Shown piece by piece: positions 14,341 to 26,359 of a stretch of DNA of 64,000 nt. Source of the stretch: the human T2T-CHM13v2.0 reference genome, Homo sapiens; assembly GCF_009914755.1 (NCBI RefSeq), contig NC_060926.1; one strand, written 5' to 3'. The notes under the pieces were generated by a model. The model ran no database searches and had not been told where the DNA came from. It worked only from the letters and a program-made list of their open reading frames with translations. The translations under genes were made by a program, and so were the position numbers. Each line of letters starts with the position of its first letter. Within the stretch, counting starts at the first letter, position 1.

Positions 14341-15534
14341 GATCATTAAGAACTCATTTTATTTTTGTAGATGTGGAATATATTTTATCCTCTAAATTTT
14401 GGTTTTAGAGGTAGTATAAGCAGGTTGATATAAAATTATTTTGAGACAATGTAAATATGCCATATCTAAAGCATATTGAAGAAAATGCAAGAAAACAACT
14501 TTTAAGAATAACAACCAAAGAAAGATATTGCCCACTTATGAAGAAAAGGGCATTTTTGCCCATTATATTTCCTACTTGAAGAATCTTGTTTCTACTAGAA
14601 GAACAAACTGTTCACTTTAATTTCTACCTTTGAAACTCTTCCGAATCAAAGGCCAGAATGACTTCCTTTCTGCATCACCACAGTATGCAGCTGTATGATT
14701 TATAACTCTGATTATATTTTTATCTCCCACAATATGCTAAAATGAGTGAGGTCAGAGATCCCACTTTCACTCAGTTTTCTTGTTTTTGTAACTAGGAGTC
14801 AAATTATTCACATTACTTTCATGCAGTTTTGTTTAGCTTAATTGTATACTGAAAGCCTGGCACACATAATTAATCAATGTATTGCTAGTGACTGTTGAAC
14901 AACCCGTATCTGTTGGAAATGTTATTGTAAAATGCCAGATGCAAAGGGAAGGAGGACAGAAGCAGCTGAGAAAGAAAAACCATGCCATTTTTCCTCAGAT
15001 GAGCGTTATCAAAGTGGTCATGTGTATTGAGAGAAATCAATTTGGCTTTACAGATTTGTCCTCACTTCTGGAAAATCCAAAATATATCTCCTATTGTTCT
15101 TTTGCCTGCCAGGCTGACACACCAACAAGAGCTACCTCCTATATTTTTGACTGCACCTTATACACATTTAAAAAGTGCATTGTTTTGCAGGCCACACAGG
15201 AGTACTGGGCACAACTGGTATGATTATATAATCCAATGCTTCAATTTCACCCCAGCACTCAGTCCTTATTCTTATACCCTCTCCCTAATTTGTATGAGAA
15301 ATATGTGAAGGGAAAATGGCAGTCCAATTTTTTTTTCCAATAATGGCCTTTCATTTTCAGTTTCCTTAGACTTCATGGACTTTTCAGTAACTTTGTTTCA
15401 GGAATGCGTGAAAATTGATTTAAGATTTTTAAAATTTATTTCAGTATACTTTGCCATGAGGAATTGATATACAGACATTAGCAAATCTAGTATCTTTTTG
15501 AGCACCCCTGTCAATGACAGAGTTACATTGTCTG

Positions 15535-15790
15535 TCATTTGACTGCCTTTACTGAGTGCCTACTGTGAGCCAGCCACTGGGCAGGGCTTGAAGTTTCATT
15601 AAATACAGAACAAGAATTGCTGTTCCTACCCTTAAGGAGATTCCAGGCCAATGGTGGAAGAGGCACATAAACCAGGATTACATGTGGTGTAGCAAGTGTT
15701 CTTGCCCAATGATCCAGAAAGGCTTCCTGAGGAGGTGACACATGGCTGCATTTTGAAGGACAGATACAAGGTAGCTAGGTAGTCAAATGG
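15535..15790 (-). mobile_element. L2 3' fragment
   Basis: 'tttactgagtgcctactgtgagccagccactgggcaggg...gaaaggcttcctgaggaggtgaca'. Confidence 0.6.
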
Positions 15791-17007
15791 AGCCCTTTAA
15801 TCTCCTAAGTCCTCATTGGTCTTTACAGCTATTCCTCGTGTGCTAGAACAGACATTACGAACTCCACTATGGAATCAAGAATACTGGGAAACAGAGAAGT
15901 TGTGACTTGAACATTTTCACACACCCAGAGAGTAAAATGTCTATGTTCAAATCAGGTATCCTGAAGAGTATCCTTTGCTCTTCCCACCAAGACAAAACAA
16001 AGAACTTACCATTTTGCTAGGGTGTGCAATGCCCACACAAAGACACTTCATTGAAAACACATTATTTGTAAATAAAGATCTTTATTATCTCCCAGAGATA
16101 TTAAGTGAACTTAAAAAACTGCTTCCTTCAAGCACTTTCCTCAGCCAAAACCAATGCAGCACACATTAAATACCTGGCCCAAGATGATGATAATGGGGAA
16201 GTGGGGGATTCCAACACATTTTCTCTTTTCATTCCCCTGAAACTCTGATCATTCTATTATGGACTCGTGGGCACTAAGCTGGTTATTTCTCCATTTTGCA
16301 TAACCCCAATCTTATACCTACAACAAACTCCCTTTTCTCTTCTATTTAATTGTTACGGCCATTGCTACTGTTGAGTGAAAAATAAAATATCTCTGTGCTG
16401 GCATATTGCTTTATTTTGTTCTGCTTTATTGAGAAAGAGAGAGAGAGGGCAAGAACTGAAACCAGCAGAAAATGATCTGTTTGATGAAAGGTAACAAAAT
16501 TATAAAAGTAGTCAGATTCCACAGAATCCCGCCAAATATGAAGAAACTACAATCAGAATATGCTTCTAATAGAACCATTGGCCCAAGAAGGGACTGCAGC
16601 AGGATGAGTCAGTGCCCCAAGTCCCAGACACATTTCAGCAGCTTTGAGAAATGAGGACAGGAGCACCTAAGTAGAGCACCTGGATTGGGTCACCACAGTG
16701 GTGATGATACCTTGTCATTATTGAGCTGGATTAAGGAGGTGAAGACCCCACCAGAAATGGAGAGCACACAGCAGAATGGGTGGTCACAGTGTTCTCAACA
16801 GCAAATAGTGGGTGTCTAAAGTCCATTTCTGGGCTTTGCATGGGTCAAAGGTAATCCAATCTCACCCTCATCTTGCCCCACCCTTCAGGAGTTTCCAGAG
16901 ACCAAGAATAACTTCTATGAGGAGGCTTCTGTTCTCTCCCCAGTACGAATTTTGTCCATAAACAAACTTGTTGTTTGCGTCAACTTTACTTTTTTAAAAA
17001 AATTTTA

Positions 17008-17510
<503 letters not shown>

Positions 17511-19011
17511 TCTCTCATTTGTCTCATTAAACAGTTTGTATTTACAAACACAAACACAAACACACACGAGAGAGTTATTTACCATTATAGAATTCTTTGT
17601 ATCTTGTAGAACTGTGACTCTTCCATCTGACACTATCAAACATGAATACATTGCCATGTAAACTAAAGAAGCACTTCCCCCTAAATACAGTTTTTTATGA
17701 TCTCATTCACGGTCCTTGCTCTATACCAAGACACTGTTTACTTCTGCTGGCCCAGAGAATTCCACTGGGAAAGGATGATCCTTTTTAGCCAAAAACAAGT
17801 TTTTATCTTTAGGCTTATGGGGCATCATTCATAATATGTTGATGTTTTATATCCTTCTCCCTTCTCTAAGAGTTCAAAGGGAATTGAAGAATAGAAAAAA
17901 AATGGAATATCCTTCATTAGTTCTATTCAGCCCAGAAATGAAACTGTGCATGAATAAAGAAGAGAGAACAAGAGCAGACAGTTATATTGGGTTATGAACG
18001 ATGTGGGGGGTGGGGTGCGTTGTATGTGTCCGTGCACAAGTTCACTCCCTCATGCAAGTGTTAACCCCAACCCCTTGCCTTAGGGGAAGATAAAACACCA
18101 TCCCCACTCATTTACAGTTAATCTCAAAGGTTAATTTTGTTGCTCATACTCTATAAACGAAGATATTTCTTTCCCAGCTCGGGGCCTTTTGCCATAAGCG
18201 AAACAGAGAAGAAAGTCAGCGTGTCCCGAGGATTAAGGAGAGGTCGGAAGATCCGAAGAACCTGCTGCTGACAGATTTGCTTATTAAAAAGCCTGCTCCA
18301 GTGGACGGGCTGCCACTGATGGCCTGACACAGCCGGACTTCAGAAGGCCAGCACACAATCAGCGGACTGTGCTACTCTGGGGACCGCAGGGCACGGGGGA
18401 GACTTTTCTAATTTGTCAAAGTTGTATCTAATTCCACAGAACAAAGTTCGCAAAGAGAGATGAGCAGAATCCACAAATTATTGCTCATTCACCAAGCCCT
18501 TGATGGAGAGATAGAAACAGCACACAACTAGGGTTTTGTAAAGTAACTCGACCCCTGCCAGTCGGCTTTGGGTAATTCCTCCTTGTGGGCATAACAGTTT
18601 CCCTTGTTTTTTGTTTAATAGGATTATTCCTCAGAATATTAAAAAGATAACATCAACATCTTTCAGTGGCCCCATAAACTATTTCTGGAAATAGAAAAAG
18701 AAGGGTTCAGGTGTTTTTGTGACTCCTGATAGGACTTTTGTTCTCTCAGAAGCTACAAAGAAAGAATGTGGTTTTGTGAGGGGTGTGCCAAGAGCAAACC
18801 AAACAAAACGTTACGTTTTCTAGAAAGGCAACATCCTTCAAACTTACATTGCCCATCGAGACTCCTGCTAGCCTATTTGAGAACTGAGACTGACTTTCAA
18901 ATGGGAGCTTAGAAATTTCGATTCTGAAAATTGAGGAGTTGTGAAGAGGGAAAGCTCAGACATTAGTTTTGAGTCAGGGAACGCTACTTAAAAGGAACAC
19001 ATTCTCTGGAT

Positions 19012-19106
19012 GAAAACGTATTGAACAGTCTTGAAATGAGGAGAAAACATATTGAATAGTCTTGAAATGAGGAGAAAACATATTGAACAGTCTTGAAATG
19101 AGGAGA
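19012..19106. repeat. 31-bp minisatellite, 3 copies
   Basis: Unit GAAAACATATTGAACAGTCTTGAAATGAGGA at 19012, 19043 and 19074. Copies 1 and 2 each differ from copy 3 at one base. Confidence 0.95.
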
Positions 19107-19837
19107 TCTCCAGGAAAATGTTGCCTTCTTGTTGGTAAGGAGTGGCACAGTCAAGAAGAAGCAGGTCCAGACACGTCAGGAGTTCTGTCAGTCTAAGTCT
19201 GCCCACTCCAGGAAGGAGGGTAGTGAAGGCAAATGATGGCTGGGCCCACCAAGTGAGAGACTTCCATAGCAATATCCATAGGCTTCTTATAACACAGTGT
19301 TTTACAATGATCACAGCAGGAAGAGTTGGGAAGAACTGAACCAGTCTCAGGCCGGTCACTTTCTTTTTTACCTAACAGCAAAAACCCTCAGTCTAGACAT
19401 CTAAAATTCATGAAAATTCGCAGTGTACCTTATGGTGAATTCACTTACCGGGGCTCCATGGCTCTAGGTACTGATTTTCTCATTGCATAGATCTTTGCAG
19501 GTGCAGCAATTTCAGAAGCTGCGGCTCTCTTTCAACCTGGATGGGCTGTCCTAACTGCTTTTGCAAAAATGTCTTCTGCCCAACACTTTCTCCAACTATG
19601 AGGAAATTGATTTCAGGGATTACCTTAGTTTTAGTCAAGAAAAAGAAAAACCTCCAGGTAGAATGTACCTGAAAGATAATTCTTCTTACTCAGAAGCCCT
19701 TTGCTACTGCCTGTCTTCCTCTACCAAGCAAACTTCTGGATGCAGAGCCGGAGGTTAAGGAAGACTCTTGCTCAATGCACTACTGAGGTTAGGTTTTGGA
19801 GAAGCCACCGAGAATCGTCGACAGGACCTGGGATTTT

Positions 19838-20510
19838 TGTTATTTTTGTTTTTTGAGTTTTCTTTTTTTTTTTTACTTTTATTTTAGGTTGGGGGTACAT
19901 GTGCAGGTTTGTTACATAGGTAAACTGCATGTCATAGGGGTTTGGTGTACAGATTATTTCATTGCTCAGGTAATATGCATAGTAACTGATAGGTAGTTTG
20001 TCCATCCTCACCCTCCTCCTACCCTCCACTCTCAAGTAGGCCCCATTGCCTACTTTGATTCCCTTCTTTGGGTCCATATGTATTTGATGTTTAGCTCCCA
20101 CTTATAACTAAGAACATGCGGTATTTGGTTTTCTTTTTTTTCTTTTTTTTTTTTTTTGAGATGGAGTCTCGCTGTCACCCAGGCTGGAGTGCAGTGGCGC
20201 GATCTCTGCTCACTGCAGGCTCTGCCCCCGGGTTCACGCCATTCTCCTGCCTCAGCCTCCCGAGCAGCTGGGACTACAGGCGCCCGCCACCTTGTCTGGC
20301 TAATTTTTTGTATTTTTAGTAGAGACGGGGTGGTTTTCTGCTCCTATGTTGGTTCTCTTAGGATAATGGCCTCCAGCTCCATTCATGCTGTGCAAAAGAC
20401 AGACCTCATTCTTTTTATGCCTGCATAGTATTCCTCGGTGTATATGTACCACATTTTCTTTATCCAGACTACCATTGATGAGCCTTTAGGTTGATTCCAT
20501 GTCTTTGCTA
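19838..20510 (-). mobile_element. Old primate L1 3' end (L1PA13-16 type) with a nested Alu
   Basis: Reverse-complement 3'UTR 'gggggtacatgtgcaggtttgttacatagg...'. Decayed TSD GGACCT(GG/AA)GATTTT at 19824-19837 and 20512-20525. Confidence 0.85.
20135..20330 (-). mobile_element. 5'-truncated AluY
   Basis: Right arm plus the end of the left arm, with 'gggttcacgccattctcc'. TSD TGGTTTTCT at 20126-20134 and 20331-20339. Confidence 0.9.
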
Positions 20511-21619
20511 GGGACCTAAGATTTTAAATTAAGATCTGATTTGAAATTCTGGCTAGGGAAGTTACTTGCCGTGAGACCTAGGACGTGGATCCTACCATAT
20601 CTGAGCCTCTGTTTTCTCATATAAAATGAAGCTGAAAATAATGCTTCCTACCTTGCAGGGCTGATGTAAGAAATAATTTGTCAGGGTATACAAGGATAGT
20701 TTGTAAAATATTCTATACCTGTTAGCTGCTGATTTGGTTTGGTTGGTTTGGTTTTATGACTATTAACTACTTTTGTTCATTAGCAAGTTGTGTTCCCACC
20801 TGGTCAGCCCACCAAACAGCCTAGGCCAATAGTCCCTGTACATCTCCCTTCCCCATTTCAACTAAACAGCCTATGAGGGGGAGACTTCCATATTCCATTC
20901 TTTTAAAACATAAAATGAGTGTTTATATAAAAATCAACTCTGCCATTTTTATTGGATTTTTGGAAAAATAAAAGCTATTTCGAGCCAAATATATAGAACC
21001 GGATATAAGGTATTTTTGTAAGAAAAACCACAGACATGACATTATTTTATGCTATTATCTTTTTCTCTCTTCTCACTTATGAAAAGGTTTTGAGAAACTT
21101 AAAATATAAGGCACAAATATGATAAAACTGAAAAATCACTAAAGTGAGTAAAAAGTCAAAAGAAAAATAAAAAGCAGATCTACACTAATAGAAATTTCTA
21201 CAGCTTAATATAAAACTAAGCACCAAGGTTATTGACTCAAAGCAAAAGGGGAAAGGTGGTAAGTGGCTTTTTCCAATGTAAGAAAGCCTCAGAAGGGAGA
21301 AAAATTATTTCCCAACACCAAATTCTGGAAAAGGCTTTTTCACAGGAGTCTTCACATGACTGATTTTTGAACGTAGTAATCGCCATCAAAGGTTTCCTAA
21401 ACGTGATCACTTTTTATTGATTATCGACCCATTCTGTTCTAACCCTGCTAAGAGGGACTCTGGAGTTTGGAAAGCCAGTTTGGAAAAGGAGGTTTTCTAT
21501 TTGATATAAAATCCTGGCAACTCTTGAGTCATCATATATCTCATTGTAATTTATATTTTCGACGACAAACTTGCACAAGTTTTATAATGAATTTACTTAG
21601 TTTGTTATAATTAGCTAAG

Positions 21620-21860
21620 ATATATTGAACTCTTGTTATGAGTTAGGCTAAGCCCTTTATCTGCATTGGCTCATTTAATCCTCCCAAAAATCCTACCATA
21701 CAGGGATTATGATTTGACTCATTTTACACATGGGAAAGCCGAGACTTATGGAGGTAAAGAATTTTGCACAAGGTTACACAATTTGCAATTCATCCTGGAG
21801 TTTAAACTTGACGCCAGCTCCAGATTATCTGCCTGACCACTCGCCACTATGCAAGCCTGC
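21620..21860 (-). mobile_element. MIR
   Basis: 'ctcatttaatcctccc...cattttacacatgggaaagccgagac...caaggttacaca'. Confidence 0.7.
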
Positions 21861-22569
21861 CTCTCACACTTTTGGGCAGACCATATAAGGACTACAACAG
21901 ACCATCAAATGAACACAAAAGTGTATTGGATTTGATCAGAAAAGCAGGTTGCCAGTGAACACAGATGCTATACTGTGACAGAGAGAATTTATTAGAAGTT
22001 TATGGAGAAAGAAAGGGATTTTATTTGTGGTCTGCTAGTACTGAGACTGAACAGCCAGCCAGGGCACCTTAGGGGAAGTGTGAACTTCATCTGAAAGTTG
22101 GGTCAGAAGCCCATGAAATTCCACTTTGCTTCCACAGACAGTTAAGGAGGCCTTCTACCTGGGCTACCAGATTCCCAGAGGGTTGGTGCCCTGTCCCATC
22201 TTTGATTCATGATCTTTCCCCACAATTTGGTTATGTCAACAACTTGACAAGCAAGTCAATTTGGCTGTCCTGGCACAGCACACAGTGCTGTCTACATTGT
22301 TAACCAGCTGTAAATCCCCATTGATTTTAATGGACACTGGTTCAGTTCCCCCATCTGTAAAATGAAAAATCTGTATGAATGAGAAATAGATCATTGTGCT
22401 TTAAAATTCTAAAATTATATCATCCTGTGGTCCAGTCTTTCTCTTATAGAATAGAAAAGTTTAACAAATTTCCTCAAATCAAAGCAAAATATTATTTTAT
22501 ACAGGAAACAACCTAAAGTCAAATACCTGTCTTCTTTCAACTGCTCTGAGTGAGACTTATTTTGATACA

Positions 22570-22790
22570 GGAATTATGTACACAGACTCTGGGTGCTTCT
22601 CATTTATAAACTGTGTGTGCTGGGCAAGTTATTTAAGCTTAGTGTCTCAGTTTAGTCATCTGTAAAATGAATATAATAATAATACCTACTTCATAAGATT
22701 GGTATGAACTATAAATGAGTCAGTAGCTATAATGTGCATAGAGCTGTGCTGACAACCTACTAAGTAACCAGTAAATGATAGCCCTTAGCC
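22570..22790 (+). mobile_element. MIR
   Basis: MIR core 'tgggcaagttatttaagcttagtgtctcagtttagtcatctgtaaaatgaatataataat'. Confidence 0.75.
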
Positions 22791-23621
22791 GTCTGTCTCT
22801 AACTCAACTCTCCCATTTTTCTCAAGCTAATATGCTTACTATATACATTTTCCAGTAGCCTGTCCTTTGTAGCTGTGACTTATCCAAACCTGACACACAG
22901 AACATTCCTTTCACATTTCAAGCCCACCAAACTATTTCTCTTCAGCCACTCCAAAAGCAACTGGAAGACAAAAAAATAAAAACCTTTATGAGACTTCCCA
23001 AGATGAGAGGACTCAGACAGATAACTACTCTGAATTTTAACTTCACAACTTCTACTCCTTCACTTGCTTGCAAATACATTTACCCTTCAAATACATTGCA
23101 AAGCACTTATTTTAGAAGGCGCCCATTTGCAGATATTGTTTGAGGCCAGTACAATAGTGGATTGGTTTCCATTTTGGTCAAATTTTGGTTTTACATGCAT
23201 TTATGAGGATATTAGATAAAGCAGTACACTACAGTGGAAATAAACTCGCAGTATATGATTGTCTTAAAGCAGAGGAAAAAAATACAAAATTTTATCTGAA
23301 TAAGGAGCAAAATGTGTTGTGGCTATGACTCTATCATTCAAAGGTGCTGTCTCTGAAATGCAGAAATCATCTTTAACTTTTCTAACCATCTTACTCTCTG
23401 GCTGTAACCATGCCAAGTCCTATTAACTCTTTCTTCCTAAATCTGTCTCTGGGATGCACTTGGAGTATATCATATGACTCTCTCACAGCATCTCTTGCAG
23501 TCTGTTTCATATTAAAGTTATTTATGCATATGCCTGTCTTCCATACTAGATCTTTTAGACTGAGGCCCTGTAACCTGACTTGTCTTTGTATTCCTAGCAG
23601 CATTTAGCATGTGCACACAGG

Positions 23622-23653
<32 letters not shown>

Positions 23654-26054
23654 AGCATGACACTGGTTCACTCTTCTGTGCTTTTTTATTGCTGTTCCTT
23701 TTGTCCCAAATGCCCTCACCCCCTACTTTTTCTACCTGGTGACACCTTTCTTATCCTTCATTGGCTAATTCCAGTTCCCTGCTCAGACTCACACTCCTGC
23801 AGAGTTCCATTTGCCATATGACAGTGATTATCTCATGGCATTAGGGTTCATTCCATACCCCTCTGCCTTCCTTGTCTGATTGTGAACTCCCTGAGGAACA
23901 GAAGCCTATCTTCCTCATCCTTCTATCCCTCACAGCACCCATCATGGAGTCTGACACACAAGAGGCACTCAAAAATGATTTTGGAAATTGAACTGTGTCA
24001 CTTGAATCCTTAAGACCAACTTCAGGAGTAAATGCCTTCTTTAAACAATTACCCTGGTTTTCTCAGATAACTTCCCCAAAGAGTACTAAGGAGAGTTTGC
24101 CTGTTCCTGTATGTCACTCTATGGCCTCTACCTATGAACACTAGGTTGGGGACAAAAACTTGAGTATGAATCCATAGGACACTCACACTGAAAAATTTGA
24201 CCTCACTGTGGGTTGCATGGCCCTGTGACAAAGTGAGAAAAGAAGGAAAAGGACTGAGTGTAACGTTCATATAAAAGCAGCAGCTTAAGAAATACCACAA
24301 AATGAACCACATGTTGATTTCCAGTAAATAAGTGGTGACCCTGCTGAGAGGAGCCCAAGATTCTGCTCCATGGCACAAAAGGGGCTTAGATGCCCTGAGG
24401 AATATGTGCTTGGTGTCCTAGTTAATTACATGGATCTTCCTGGAACACTGGTCTCCCTGCCCCACAGGTAGCTTCAAATCCCACTCCTAGAAGGTCTTCA
24501 AGAGGAAGGCCATGCTAATTCCACAAGAACAGAAGCTGTTACCCTGACCTCTGTTTAATGTGCACCACAATGTAAAAAGCTGCCCAAAAGACATTTGACA
24601 AGTGGATAGATGATTTTGTAATTCTTTTCTCCCATGAAAATAAAAGATTTTGTCAAGTGGGTGGCATTTCCATCCCCTTCTCTATTTTATTGAATTAAAA
24701 CGGCTTCAGTGTTTTTAGAAAGCATTCCTCTTAAGAAGATGCAAATTTATACCATTTTTCTGCATTCTTAGGATTACATGCTCTGCTTAAAATCCACACT
24801 CCGCTTCAGTTGCACACACGTAATTCTTTCTGACCTAGATGGAACAGAATACTCATAGCAAACTGAGAATACAGATCAGGACTGAAGGTCAAAGAAAGCA
24901 AGCTAATGGTCTGCATATCATCCCCAAATACAGGATTCTTGGGGACTTTTTAAAAAAAATTGTGCCTCCTCTTAAAAGGAAAATAAGCTGTTCTTTCATT
25001 TCTTATTACAGTCCAGAAAAGATCAGGATCTAAAGGCGGAGTTTGTAATATTGAGGGACACATGTGGAAATCGCTTTCATCATGGCAATTTCCTGAACTG
25101 CTTTCTAAAGCCCTTCTTTGGCTTAAATAGTCCATGGAGCCCTTTTAAGATTTTATACAAAGAAACTGATCAGTTTCATAATGTTGTGATGAAATTAGAG
25201 CCCATACTGCTTAACTGGAATGACTATACACAGTAGCTATTCTTCATTTATAGATTGACTGTAATTGTCTGGGGGAAAATCACCTCTCCAGAGGACTTAA
25301 AATGAGGCAGAAAGGTCATATAGTAAGGACAGACATTTGAACCTGATTTACAGTAATTTGAAGGTCTGAGGAAATATTCTGAATCCCTGATTGTGAGTCC
25401 TGTTCTATTCTGACATTCAGGGAAGTAGTTTTGGTGAACGCACAACTGGTTTTTTCTCTCCATATTTAATGGGGGCTAAATACATTTGCATTCATTAAAT
25501 TGAGGAACCTGTGGGGCCAAGAATCCCGTGCATGATGTGTCTTGGAATATCAGTGTAACTTTACATTTAACAAAACTCCTGGTACTTATCCAATCCTAGA
25601 ACTTTTTTTTTGACTTGGTGGCAAATAAATCCCACATCAGTTCTCTGGTCATGAATAAGTATAAATGAAAGTATCTAAGAGACATTTCTCCATTTGGAGA
25701 CAGTCATCTCACCCATGATGACCTCCCTGCTGTGGAGAAGAAGCACATTTTAGTTTTGGTGACTGTAAGAAGTTCTCCTTGCTTGGAAGTCACCAGCCTT
25801 AAGCAATTCTGCTCACCTGTAGGGAATTTCCCTCCTACTGAGTGAAAGAAGAGAGGAATTTCTGTTAGAATGATGATATATCCATTAGCAATTAGGCTTT
25901 CCAAGGCAGTTGTCATGAAATTATGGGCAAACAGGGTCACATATGACTTTCATGGGTCATTGGACACTTTTGCTTTTGTGACCCCTTCCATATATGTATG
26001 TATATATGCACAAATACATATATATGTACATGCATACATGTATATATATGCATA

Positions 26055-26288
26055 CAATTTGAGCATCCCAAATCTGAAAATCCAAAATCCAAAAAGCTTC
26101 AAAATCTGAAACTTTTGGCACATCAACAAGATATTCAAAAGAAAGGTTCATTGGAGCATTTCAGATTTCAGATTTTTGGATTTGCAATGCTCAACTGGTA
26201 ATTATATAATGCAAATATTCCAAAATAAAAAAAATTGAAACCCAAAACTTTTGGCCCCAATCATTTCAAATAAGGAATACTCAACCTG
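26055..26288 (+). mobile_element. Tigger4a (MER46A)-type MITE
   Basis: Terminal inverted repeats 'caatttgagcatccc' and 'ggaatactcaacctg', TA on both sides, and the internal 'aaaatccaaaatcc/atttcagatttcagattttt' signature. Confidence 0.85.
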
Positions 26289-26359
26289 TATAAACATATA
26301 CACATATATAATTATATTTTATAACTGCATTGGTATACACATGAATATGTTAATATTGT

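Noticed and set aside
19012-19106. 31-bp repeats as a CRISPR array
   Set aside because: The units are contiguous with no unique spacers, there are no cas genes, and the context is primate genomic DNA.
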